Source: Hypanus sabinus
Taxonomy: Eukaryota
DNA length: 64,000 bases
Reading direction: 5' to 3'
Assembly: GCF_030144855.1 (NCBI RefSeq)
Contig: NC_082719.1
Span: 49,476,001-49,540,000 of the forward strand
Below, in pieces: positions 37,601 to 50,175 of the stretch. The translations under genes and the position numbers were made by a program. Numbering within the stretch: position 1 is the stretch's first letter; every line of letters begins with the position of its first letter. Below the pieces are notes generated by a model, which searched no databases, had not been told where the DNA came from, and saw only the letters and a program-made list of their open reading frames with translations.

Positions 37601-38310
37601 ACAAAACTGCATCACCAGACTTAAATGCCCCAGGTCTAGCCCTCAGCAGACTATGAACCTCCTGGTTTATCCACAGCTCTTGGTTTGAGAATGTACCACA
37701 AGTTTTCATAGGTACATACTGATTCACACAGGTTTTAATGAAGTCAATGACAACTATGGCATACTCATCCAGACTCAAAGATGAATCCCTGAATACAGTC
37801 CAGTCCACCGATTCAAAGCAGTCCTGTAGGTTGTCCTGTGCTTTCCTTCTCCAAACATTCTTGGTCCTCACTACTGGTGCTGCAGTCTTCAGTCTCCACC
37901 TATACTTAGGTAGTAGAAGTACAGCCAGGTGACCAGACTTTCCAAAGTATGGGTGTGGAATAGCATGGTAAGCACTCGTGATCTTAGTGTAACAGTGGTG
38001 TAACTGGTACTGCAAGTGATTTGTTGATAATAAATTATTTAGAGACGTTTTCAAGCTGGCCTGGTTAAAATGATGGGTAAGGCACCAAGATATGCTGTTT
38101 CATGCCTGTTGATTGCTTCACACAGTTCATCTAGAGCCTGTCTGACATTGGCCCGAGATAGATAATACAGCATTACAAAAATGATCACTGAAATCTCCCA
38201 CGGCAGGTAAAATGAATGACTCTTAATTGCGAGGTAATCGAGGTCTGGTAAACAGAAGTGAGAAAGCACCGTTACGTTTGATGAGCAAAATATCCTCCGT
38301 CTAAGAAATC
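34640..38310 (-). mobile_element. Near full-length Rex1/Babar LINE (EN+RT), interrupted by Tigger
   Basis: (GAATCA)n tail near 34640; ORFs 35978-36187, 36274-36477, 36960-37295, 37446-38054, 38051-38269 give the C-term, RT (LNDYRPVELTS.VMKCF) and endonuclease (FGKSGHLAVLLLP). Confidence 0.9.
34782..35925 (-). mobile_element. Internally deleted pogo/Tigger transposon
   Basis: TIRs CAGcTTTCCCCC / CAGGTGTCCCCC (reverse); TA at left; N-term KPKRARKGVPLSVKLDTIK joined out of frame to the acidic C-term ORF 35082-35579 (…YKELYD.K..KQSSILSFF). Confidence 0.85.
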
Positions 38311-38315
38311 ATAAA

Positions 38316-39256
38316 TTGAATTTCGGTTTATTGTCATTTAGAAACCACAACTGCAATGCAGTTAAAAAATGAAACAACGTTCCTCCAGAATAATATCACA
38401 AAAGCACACGACAAAACAGACTACAACAGAAAATCCAATTAATGTTTGGCAATCCCCAAATCCAGAGTCCGGAGAGGCTGCTACATATTAATATCGCGCT
38501 ACCATCTTAGCGCGTTCCTGGAAAGGAGCTCCAATTCCACCAGACAAAACAAGACTACCCAGACACACCAAGTCAGGAGACCAACTCTACCACCCAACAA
38601 ACCAAAAACTAAAGCTACAAGACCTACACAAAACCACAGTTACAACATATAGTTACAACAGTGCAAACAATACCATAATTGATTAAAAAAAGACCATGGG
38701 CACAGTAAAAATAGTCCAAAGATGTTAAAAGACTACAAGTTCAAAAGAAACCACCACACGGTTTCCACAAGTCCTCAGGGTCCCGATAGACTCGTCATCC
38801 CACGCAGGCGGCAGAAGGGAATACCCCCGCTATGGACTTACACGGAGCCGCCAGACTCAGACTCGCCAACGCAGCATAGTGAAAGCGCTGCCAGACCCAA
38901 CCTCGCAGGCGCAGCACACAGTGAAAGCACCCCGACTGCAGCATGCTCCGAATCCGTTGAACCTCTGAGCCTCCAGCACAACCTCTCTGAGCACCATCCT
39001 CTACCGAGCGCACTACGACGCCCCCACCACCGGCAACGCAACCCCGAAGACTGGGGGCCTGTTCTTCCCAGCAGAGACCCGGACCACACAACAGCAGCAG
39101 CAACGAAGGTCTTCCTGGAGATTTCCAGATGTTCCTCTGTGCTCCCATGTCTGTTTTTCATCAGATTAGGATTGTGCACGGCACTCCCACTTGACAAATA
39201 ACAGTTGCCAACTTCGGAGAGGCTGCTGCAAACTGCGTCGCACCGCCATCTTGGAT
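38316..39256 (-). mobile_element. CpG-rich non-autonomous retroelement (Rex/Babar-like tail)
   Basis: 5' CCAAGATGGCGG motif, 3' ATGACAATAAA tail, possible TSD ataaa (38311-38315, 39257-39261); no RT. Confidence 0.6.
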
Positions 39257-39338
39257 ATAAAGTATGGTAATACAAAATAAATAATTCTCATGCGTTATGG
39301 TTTCTCCTCTTCACTGAAACAAACAGACTTGCTCCTTC

Positions 39339-42300
39339 TGTAGAGAGAGCTACGGATGGTGGTCAACCCAAGAGTAAAGTCCAGAATGCACTTGGCCTCA
39401 GACTCAAACGAAATCCAAGGCGAAATCACAAACAGTGGTACTAGAAATGGAACTCTTAAGATTGAGCACTGAGTGCTCATCGTAAGGCCTTTAAGTAGCA
39501 ACTTTTCTATGAAGGAGTGAGGCAGACAAAAATTAGCAGCTGAAGTCTTAAAGGGACAGTGGAGCTAACCATACTCTATGGAATTGGAGCACTGAAATTT
39601 AGATACCTGCCGTTGTTTAGTCAGCACCCCCCACCACTGGTGGTACCTGAGAGCCCAGGGTAATCAGGATGGTTAAGGTAGGGTCCAGGATGTCCTGTGA
39701 AGGAATCCAGACTCTTTCTTCTGAGCCATATCTCTCCCAATCCACAAGGAAATGCCTTTACCTAAAACAATGCAGGTGTCCAAAAGTCACCAGACTGTGT
39801 AGGTGAGTTGTCCCTCAACAATTCTGAGGTGGAGAAGTTTAGGAACCAGATCAGAGGGTCTGGCATTCAAGGGCTCGAAGCAGGATATATGGAACATGGG
39901 GTGAGTCTGCATGGTGGGCAGGAGTTGGAGATGATTGGTAACTGGGCTGATGCACCACAGGATTTTGAACAGACTGAAATAACAAAAGGCCAATTTTCTG
40001 GATCCAACCTACATGGAGAGTTCTCTAGTTGAGAGCCAGCCGACTGAACGGAAAGAAGTACTGATCCTGCGGTTGGCCTGGTCTTGCTGTTGCCCCAAGT
40101 TGGCCAACAATGTCTCTCTCACTTTAACCCATTTCTCGTGACATCTCTGGACCAGTTGGTCCATTGATGCAACCCTCACCTTCCTCTTTGTGTTCCAGGT
40201 ACAGTGAAGGATGGAACCCAAATTGGCATTTGAAAGGGGACGTCATGATAAATGAATGCTTAAGTGTATTGTGCACAAACTCGGCCCAGATCAGGTTGTC
40301 AAACCAGATGGTAGAGCTCCACAAGACAAGACATTTTTGTGGTTGTTCCATAACACAAATGTTTGGATCCCTCCAATCAGTGCCTCCACTCCTTCAGTGC
40401 CAGTTTAACAAACAACAATTCCTGATTCCCAGTGCCAATTTGCCTCTGCAGGTGAAAGACATCTTGAATAGAAAGTGCAAAGATGGAACTTGTGGTGTCA
40501 GGCCGGTTGTTGGGACAAAACAGCCTGTAGTGCCATGTCAGACATGTCAATTTCCAACACAAAAGGCAAGTCCAGGTCTGGTGGAACTAGGATGGATGCG
40601 GATGTGAATCTTCATTATAGCTCTGCAAAAGCTACCTTGGCCTCCAGGGACTAGTGGAAGCAGCCAGTCCAATTCCACACAGTCTAGTTCTTATCAAAGT
40701 CAGTTTGTAGATTGCCATAAGTCACAACAAACCCAAGGAAGGAGACTGTGGACACATGCAATCAACTCTTCTTGAGCTTGATGAATAGTTGATTCTCAAG
40801 AAGCAGCTGGGCATTTAGATGAATGGACTGGGAGAAGATGAGTATTTCGTAAGTAGGCTAAGACAACATCTCTTGGAGCACATCACTGAAATACCACTGG
40901 AGCATTTGCTAACCTGAAAGGCATAACCCAGTATACATAGTGGCCCATAGGTGTGTCAAAAGCTGGTTTCCATTTATCTCCCTCATAAATGTGGATAAGA
41001 CTGGAGGCACTACGGAGGTCCAATTTGGTAAATACCATAGCTCCCTGGAGAATCTCAAAGACCATGTTATTGAAAGGGAGAGGGTACCGGTTTTTAACAG
41101 AGATCATATTTAGCCCCATACAGTCTGTGCAGGGCCTTAGCCCACCATCTTTCTTGACAATGAAGAAAAACCCAACCACACCAGGAGATGTGGATGGCTG
41201 AATAAACTCAGACTCCAGAGATTCTTGGATGTAGTCCTCCATGGCTTTTCCCTCTAGGGCTGATAGAGAGCAGAGCAGTCCCCCGAGCAGAACAAGTACT
41301 CTGTAGCAGATCGATAGTGTAACAGAGGTGCCGGTGAGGTGGGAGTGTGGAGGCCTTTTACTTGCTGAAGACCTCCAAGCAAGAACATTACAAGTCTGAT
41401 TATTCTGGAGGTATTCTAGACAAATCAGATGAACTGGAGTCAGAGGTCGAGCATTTAACAGGTAATTCAGGAGGCACATCGGAGGTTGTCTCAAAGGTAT
41501 TTCAGGAGGTAACTCAGAATATGTCTTGGGCCCCTGTTGGAGGCATTTCATTTTGCACTGGTTTGACCCAGCCCAAACTGATGCCAGGTAGTCCAGCTGA
41601 CTCTCAGATCGTGGGTTGATCCAGAGTGAGTGGTATTTCTGGGGAGCTGGAGATTGATTTCACCTGCTGGCCAATCCTGAACTTGAGCAGGGATGTTTGG
41701 TGGTTGATCTGCCCCAGCACCAAAGGCCTCCCAGCCCCAGGGCCTTGGCAACAAGCCACTGACTGAGACACAAAAGAGGATTTTCAATCTTCTGGCCAGT
41801 CTGAGGCCCAAAAAAAAGAAAAGAAAAAAATCCCCACTGCACTGGAGTCAATAAAGGCGTCTAGAGAACTTTTTTCGGCTCCCATGAAAGCGACGTGGGG
41901 CTCGTGGCTCTGGAAGGAGCCACACTGAGATTAAGGCTAGCAACCATCACAACTCTCCCTAGGATGGTTCTGGGAGCTTCCAGAAGTTTGTCCAGCCTCT
42001 CCACAGAAAATGAAGCACATCTCCCTCATTCTTCTCTCTCTTTCAGCTCAACAGCGCCTTGTCTGGCCTATTTACATATGCTCCTCAGAGGCTGGAATTG
42101 GCAGCAGCCAAGAACGAGTTCTAGCCTGGGAAATAGGAGAGGTTGGAGGATAGTCAGGGGAGAAGCTCTTTGGAATAATCACTTTCATCTATGTCTTCTC
42201 CCTTCCAGTGGCCAGTCATCAAGTCAAATTGCCAGGTCCATGGATCTAGTAGTACTTCCATATTCCAACCGTTCTCTGCAGCCAAGGCTCGAAATTCAAT

Positions 42301-43161
42301 AGGACAATGGGCCACAGATTGATTCCCCTGAATCACAAGTTGAAGAGCTTTAGCACTGACCCGTGTCCTCCGGTGGGGTGATAGAGCACCCTCCTCAAAG
42401 TCTCTGAATAGAGGTCTGCACTGGCACAGATCGGTGAATCCTTCTCCTACAACGCAGTGGCCCAGGCAAGGGCTCTTCCTCCAAGAAGTAAAATGATATA
42501 GGCTACCTTACTGCGTTCCCATAGGAACCTGGGTGGTTGTAACTTGAAGGCCGAGACACATTGTACCAAGAAACCTCTGTATATTTCAGGTCACTGTCAT
42601 ACCACTTGGGAGCCAACAGATACAGCAATGCCTCATGAGTATTGACAGAGTTTCCAACTAGAATATATCCAAAACTGGCAGCCACGCTGGCTGAACTCAG
42701 GTTCTGCCACCAGAGTCAGAGTTTCTAGAGTGGGGAGGATCTCCTACAGCATGTTGTCATATCAGGCTAGAATTGCTCCCTGGTAGGCCAATGCGGTTCA
42801 CAGCCATTCACACTCAGTGGGGTTCACCATGGCTCAATCGTGCTGTAACAAGAGAGCTGTGGATGGTGGTATACCCAAGTGCAGGGTAAAGTCTGTAAGT
42901 TAACTCAGACTCAAAATAAACAAGCCAACACAAACAAAATATAAAGGTGAAACCACAAACAGCAGTACTACAAATGGAACTCTTATGATTAAGCACTGAG
43001 TGCTCAGCACAAGACCTTTAAGTACGGACTTTCCATGAAGGAATGTGACAGGCAATAACTGACAGTCTGAGTCTTAAAGGGACAGCAGCAGCTGACCATA
43101 CTCTGGGGAACTGGAGTACTGAAACTTGGATGACTGCCACTGTTCAGTCGGGTTTATGACA
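39339..43161 (-). mobile_element. Sushi-like chromoviral Ty3/Gypsy LTR retrotransposon, decayed
   Basis: LTRs ~39339-39625 and 42844-43161; possible TSD ccttc/cctcc; gag EFRALAAENGWN; protease AFIDSSA near 41845; [45 protein letters not shown]; RNaseH ELL.VKLALKEWRH; integrase WAEFVHN; chromodomain [17 protein letters not shown] near 39690-39755. Confidence 0.9.
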
Positions 43162-43329
43162 CCTCCATCCCTGGTGTAAGTGGATGTTGTTCCCATTCTT
43201 GCAGATTGCCCAGTGAACGTGTAAGCAAAATGCAACTTGGCACATTCATGCAGGAGTTCCCAACTAGCTCCTGGCATTGAAGTAGCAATTATCAGCAGAT
43301 TGGTGGGAAACTGTGGGTACTTCTCAACT

Positions 43330-43610
43330 GCAGCACGGTTAGCATAACACTTTATCATGCTAGCTGTAAGATTGGGGTTTAATTCCGTCACTGTTTGTAA
43401 GGAGTTTGTGACCACGTGGGTTTCCTTCAGGTGTTCCAAAAACATGCAAGTCTGGGTTAGTAAGTTGGGTATGCCATTTAGGCCCCAGAAGTATGGTGAC
43501 ACTAGTGGGCTGCCCCCAACACACCTTGAACTGCGTTAGTCATTGATGCAAACAACAGATTTCATTGTATGTTTCAATGTGCTGTACAAGTGACTATTAA
43601 AATAATCTTT
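43330..43610 (+). mobile_element. tRNA-derived V-SINE-like SINE
   Basis: ggttagcataac..ggggtttaattcc head, gtaaggagtttgtgaccacgtgggtttcc core, LINE-like tail. Confidence 0.6.
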
Positions 43611-46399
43611 AACATCCAGCATCATTTATTTTAGTGTGCCTCTGACTTCGATTGCCTACATAAAAATACGCTGGAATACAGATCCATTGCAACCAATGAG
43701 ACAGGATGCTTTGATACCCATTCTCAACTATAATTTGGCCAGCCAAAATCAACAGACTGCTACTTAAAAAGATTTGAGAACCCCCAAGCATCGTGCTTAT
43801 TACTTTTGACCTTCCGATCACCCAAGATACAACTGTTATTACGAAATGACCTCCAATTTTTATTTGCATCACAAAATTTTGAAGTCAAAATAAAATTCAT
43901 AAAATCCAAGTGTGTTAATTTGCTGCATACATTAGTCAACAATAAACTACTGAACATGCATTATTTATATTGATGAAAGAAGAACTCTTCAGGAAATTAG
44001 TTATATGCATCCAAGAGACTACTGACATTTACAATTCACTCCTCTGTGCTTGCTCATAACATTATCTGATCTGAATGTATGGTTGAGACCTTTTATACAT
44101 AATGGAAGGCAATTACCAGTACTGACCTATACATAGTGTGGCATGCAAACAAAAATTTGTATTTATTGATATGCAAGAGATGCATTGAGTCAGGATGAAT
44201 CAACAAGCCTAGATAGTTCGATCATGTACTGCCCATCACCTCCTAAGAATTAATTATTAATTCATTACAGAAACGATAGCTAAATACATCAAGCCTCTCC
44301 TTCTGCTGTTCTTAGCAGGCCAAGTCGTTTTTTTTCTATCCCAACCTATCTGTGATTCAAGTTCGACTAAAAATCAGCAAATTGATATGGTTAAAAAGAG
44401 GCATATACACACAAAATCTTTACTAATTTGATTGTGAGTTATATAAGGCATTGCTACTTCCTGTAAGGAATCACTAATTATTGATAAAAATGTTTGAATA
44501 CAATCCATAACAATACTTCACGTATTATCTAAAAACTTATATTCGACTACTAACAGCAAATACATGGCTCTACATGCTGTAAAAATAACTGGCATAGAAA
44601 AGACAAATAAAAATAAATAATGCTTATAAAAGTTTAAACAGAATTAAAATGTTCAAAACTGCTGTATCAAGACTCAACCTCTCCAATATGCATTCTAATG
44701 TTCCAGTCACTATTCCTTCTAGAATTGCTCAAAACAGATCAGTAAACTCCATCAAAATATGCTGGAATCACCCCATGTTTAAATCTAATTCATTAGAAAT
44801 TAAAATTTCACTTGGAATAAGTAGCCAACAATAAATATTCCAAAAGACCAGAGGAAATCTTGGCCTCTAATTATAAACAGCAGTCCCTTAATTTATACAC
44901 ATTAAACCACTTCAACTGCTTTAAAGCTCCAGGTCATTCTAAAATGGTTCTGTTTTCTTCCAGTTTCCTTTTAGCTTCCTTGAACTTAATGTCAAAAATA
45001 CCTCTTGTAGAGATGAAAAATCATTGGTCACTTGTTAACTGTGTAACATTTTTCGCAACACGAGTTTTTCAGAAGTTTAATAAAATTTTGGTCAATAATT
45101 TCTTTTAAAAGCACTCAGCAAAAAATATCCTTAAAAATGAAGATATTTGAGCAGTAATACCTTATTAATTTCTTAAAGATATCAACCATTTAAATAAATG
45201 CACGACGAAGGCTTAAACTTCTGTGCAGTTTAAAAGAACTATCAATTTCACAGTTTGCTTTTTTAAGAAAACTATGATCATATGTATGTATATGTATATC
45301 ATATGCCAAACAAACCAGCTATCTAATTTGACCAGCTATAACTTTCAATGAAATGTCAATGAAAGGTACTGCCAAATATTATCAGCTAAATTGTCATGGG
45401 ATTAGAACAGAAGAATAAAAAAGCGAGTTCAGATAATTCTGTTTTATGTATTACTTTCTGGATTTGTATGAATTTAACCATTATTTTCTGAAACAAATCT
45501 GGTTGATGTAAAAGGTACTAATTCAACTGAAAGGCTAACTGGAAAAAAATGCCATTGCTCAAAACTGTATTTTGTAATGAGTCGATAAACTCATTGTGAA
45601 TACGTTCGCAAGTATAAATTTGCTGTGCAAATATACCACTCCCCAAATGAAATATGCACTGGTATGGGCATCTTACACAATTTTTTTTTTAAAACACAGA
45701 TTTGTGAAGTAAATACTAACTAAAATAAATAAATGACAATTTAAAAATGCTATTTGAAGAATGGCAGCAACAATTTTAGAAAATAAAAGCATAAAAAACA
45801 TACACAAAGGAAACAATGCCTTGGATTCTGTGGTTAGCTTTGAAGGAAGGATGCTGGCCAACAAGAGGAAAACGTGCACAATGGTCCAGTAACCCATGAG
45901 GAGTAGACTTCCACCTTCTATTACTAGCTGACAGCTTTCAGGTATCAAACAACAGTGAGCAGCCAGCTCAAAGAGTTCCCACAAGCATCAAAAAGTGAAA
46001 AGACATATTTTAAAACATCTTACAAATGACAAAATAATGAGTAGAACATACAAGACTAAGGTAGAAGCTGAAATATCAAAAATGACCCTTTAAATGTATT
46101 TTTATTTTCCTAAAGAAGCCGGAATACTTGAAACATTCACCAAGCAGAATGAAAAAACACAAAAAAATATTTTTTGCTATGATCCATCTTGACTTATTTT
46201 ACAGCTCCCTATTATCACAAAAGTCAGTCTTCATTCCACATTACATGAAGAGATGGCCAAGTCTATTAGATACCAAAATGCTAACCAGACTAAACCACAA
46301 CTGCAATGTGGAAAATGCAATCAGAAATAGTCACATCTCTAGCCAAGCTGTTCCAATAGTTACTGCATAGGTATTTACCCAAAATTAAGATTTGCCTAA

Positions 46400-47150
46400 T
46401 TATGGCCTGTCACACAAAGAGCAGGACAAATTCAATCCAACCAATTCATGTCCAGTCTACTTTCAAACATCAACAAGCTAATGGAAGGATTTAGGTGTGA
46501 TCAAGAGTGCTATTAAGCTGACTTAACCATTAAAAACTGACTCCATTAGGCTCCGTTTCATTAGTACCATATAGCTCCTGGCTTCATTATAACTGTGAAA
46601 TAAAAAGACAAAAGAACTAGATTCCATAAGTGAAATGAGAGTGATTGCCCATGGCAATAAAACAGCAATTAACTAAGTGCAACAAACACTAAGGAACCTT
46701 AGTAAAACCTTAGTCAATGAGAACAATTCATACCACGTACAGGAAAATTGCTGCAGATTATGGAAATCAATCATCCCAATCCAATTGTTCCAGGCCCAAT
46801 CATTTCTGCAATAACCTATTTATCATTAAAAGAGATTATGGTAATTGACGATTACACCTTGTTCAATACCATTCTCAGCTACTCAGAAAATAAAGCAGCA
46901 TATGAATGTTTCCAGAAAGATCTAATCAACATGTTTGCACAAATCAGTAAGTGACAAGTAATATTTGCAACTTATAGGAACTGTTCAATTACCATCTTGG
47001 GTCAGTCTCAATACCTACTCTTGATGTTCAAGGGTACAACCATCAAGTTCTATATGATCCAAACAAAGCGACTGCTCAGAAACTTAACCAGCCACATAAA
47101 TGTTATGGCTACAAGAACATCTAGAATATAGGCCACCTTGCACCAAATGA
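46400..47150 (+). mobile_element. Old CR1/L2-group LINE RT fragment
   Basis: Same decayed family as 9790-10161 (…aagtgacaagtaatatttgca…accatc…). Confidence 0.45.
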
Positions 47151-47154
47151 CTCC

Positions 47155-47510
47155 CCCGTTGTGGGCCTATTGTGATGGTAAGCAAATTGGATCCAAGTCG
47201 CTTCTCAGGCAGAAGCTGATAAGTTTCATCACCCACCTCTCAAAGTACTTCATCACAGTGAATGTAAGTGCTACTGGACAATAGTCATTGAGGCAAAGCT
47301 ATAAGTACACCCTGTTTGAAGCCGGTGGGTACCTCAGACTGCCGAAACGAGAGGCTAAAAATATTGGTGAACACTCCAGCCAGTTGATCAGTACAGGGCT
47401 TTAGTACTTGGCCAGGTACATCACCTGGGCTGGATGTTTTCTGTGGAGGATGTTTTCTCCTGAAGGATGCTCTTGCATTAGCCTCAGAGGCTGAAATCAC
47501 AGGCTGTGGT
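47155..47510 (-). mobile_element. Rex1/Babar RT fragment
   Basis: PGDVPGQVLKPCTDQLAGVFTNIFSLS..SEVPTGFKQ. Confidence 0.8.
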
Positions 47511-48774
47511 AGTTTGTGAAGGTTGTATGCATGCTTGAAGTATCTATATGCTACAGGAAATACAGATAGGGAAGAAAGTACCAGACACAGCACAATCTAG
47601 CAGTCACGGGCATTGCATGGTGTGTGATCAAAATGTAGTTTTCAAAAAAGACTGAAATTTTCAAAAGCAGTTGCTTTACCAACTTGCTTAAGTGTTGTAA
47701 GTGAAGTAAATCATAATTACAATCAATTTGTTTCCAATCAAACCTTAAAAATACTTTTGTAAAACAATTAAACCACGAAATAGTCAATAACTAACACAAT
47801 TCCAAGTCAGATGCAGAAGATATCGCTTAATGCTGGCTCCACTGGAGAATCAATTAATGCTCCTTCAATTATACTTTAAATTTAGAGAGAAAAAAAGATA
47901 TCCGCTTAGCCCAGAGAGAATCATTCATTTCAAACAATAGCTCATGAAGTAGGATATTCATTGAATTAACCTAGGTAACCATTAGGACCACAAGATACAA
48001 CTGTGGTCAAAACAGTACCATTTCCCAAGGAATCCTGTCTCTCTTTAAATAATGATAACACTGTCTCGTGTGCTACACCACCTTCCTCAAATAGAACAAT
48101 CCCTAAATACTTGATGCTACACACATCACCTATTGATCATGGCATCTTATGCATCACCAATTCTTCAAAGATTCTGATAATTGGGGACATAACTGTATCC
48201 TGTCATAATTATTTTTGAGAACAGAATCATTCTCTAGCTTTTTGTGAATGTTGACTTGGCAGCCCTGGGCAATTTTCACTTTTTTTTTTAAATAACTAAA
48301 TGCAGGAAATGTTGAGCAGAGAAAATTGAATAGAAAATAGACTGTAATACTACTTCATCCAGTTATACATGTGCTCTTTACAATTGCTATACAAAATATA
48401 AGGTTAAATAACAGGTTCAATTTTTTGCACTGATTTTCAGGATTCATGTGCTCAATATGGATATCATTTACAGTCACATCCACTGTATTTAGTGAGGAAT
48501 TATGGGCAACCGTTAGCAAATTGTACAAAAGGAATCTAATCAAAAAGTTTAAAATATCCTACTCTATAAATGTGAAATTCAAGTATTTACTTTCAATAAT
48601 TCATTGATGATGATCCTCTATTTATTACTGGACACTAGTGAGGGCTATCCTTCCTGGGAGACTGAGAAATTCAAATTCTGGCTTCATTTTATGACATTTG
48701 TAGCTTTTCCCCTTTATAAGACTAGTTCGCTACACCTACTGAAACTGTCCAATTATATTTACTATATGTTGCAA

Positions 48775-48897
48775 GACTTATTTAGAAAAATAGAGGGCTA
48801 TAGGTAACCCTAGGTAATTTCTACTGTAAGGACATGTTCAGCACAGCTTTGTGGGCTGAAGGGCCTGTATTATGCTGTAGGTTTTCTATGTTTCTAT
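48775..48897 (+). mobile_element. Short CR1 3' tail insertion
   Basis: gggctgaagggcctgtattatgctgtaggttttctatgtttctat tail; gactta repeated at both ends. Confidence 0.7.
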
Positions 48898-48969
48898 GAC
48901 TTAACTAAGCCCATGTCATAGTTCTAAGCATACTTTTAATAAAAATGATAACCTCCATGACCCTGAACA

Positions 48970-49590
48970 ACTCAGAATCAGATTTATTATCACCGGCATG
49001 TGACATGAAATTTGTTAACTTACCAGAAAGAGAAAAAATAATAATAAAACATAATAATAAACAAGTAAATCAATTACATATATCAAATAGATTAAAAGCG
49101 TGCAAAAACAGGAATACTGTATATTTTTAAAAAAGGTAGGTAGTGTCCAAAGATTCAATGTCCATTTAGGAATCGGATTGCAGAGGGGAAGAAGCTGTTC
49201 CTGAATCACTAAGTGTTTGCCTTCAGGCTTCTGTACCTCCTACCTGATTATAACAATGAGAAAAGGGCATGCTCTGGGTGCTGGAGGTCCTCAATAATGG
49301 ACACTGCCTTTCCCAGACACTGCTCCCTATAAGATGGAGCTGACTAGACTTACAACCTTCTGCAGCTTCTTTCGGTCCTATGCAGTAGCCCCTCCATACC
49401 AAACAGTGATGCAGCCTGTCAGAATTTTCTCCATGGTACAACCATAGAAGTTTGAGTGTATTTATTAACATGCCAAATCTCTTCAATCTTCTAACAAGAT
49501 ATAGCCACTGCCTTGCCTGCTGTATAACTACTGTACACTGAAATGTTGGAACCAAGTTAGATCCTCAGAGGTCTTGACACCCAGCAACTT
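48970..49590 (-). mobile_element. Rex1/Babar LINE 3' end
   Basis: (GAATCA) tail; ARQWLYLVRRLKRFGM motif. Confidence 0.85.
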
Positions 49591-49988
49591 TCACTGTATA
49601 CAAAATACACTTGGGATGCAATACCTTTCCTTCAATTTTAATGTTATATTTTCGGAGCAGGTGGAAGTACTTAATATAACATGTAGAAATAATGTTTTCT
49701 TTTCCTCTCACATGAATCTGCTACAAATGCAAAATGTGTTTCATAAGGATTATACTGCATGCTTACAACATCCACTCTAAGTTGCATCTCATATACAAAT
49801 GTTCCTAAAAATGACAGGCACTTGTTCATTTTAAAAGCAGAGTTCAAAGTTATCTATTTGCATTCACTGACAACTTACTTAATCACTTTAATTAACAATA
49901 CTTGATTTGACCAATTCAGGTGGTTTGCAACGTATCAATTCATCTCAAGGGAATTATATCTTTCAAAGCCATATATAGAGGAAGGCAC

Positions 49989-50175
49989 ACACGAGGAAAT
50001 CTGCAGATGCTGGAAATTCAAACAACAACACACACAAAATGCTGGTAGAACACAGCAAGCCAGGTAGCATCTATAGGGAGAAGCGAAGTCGACGTCTCGG
50101 CCTGAAACATCGACATCGCTTCTCCCTATAGATGTTGCCTAGCCTGCTGTGTTCTACCAGCATTTTGTGTGTTGT
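49989..50175. mobile_element. Penelope-type fold-back (hairpin) element with TSD
   Basis: ~65-bp near-perfect inverted arms (50024-50176); TSD tatagaggaaggcac / tatagatgaaggcac. Confidence 0.8.

Noticed and set aside
38722-39275. ORFs of 117-159 aa on both strands
   Set aside because: By-product of a GC-rich non-autonomous element; no domain motifs.
45673-45984. Hydrophobic 103-aa ORF
   Set aside because: Hydrophobicity comes from T-rich intronic sequence; no splice or homology support.
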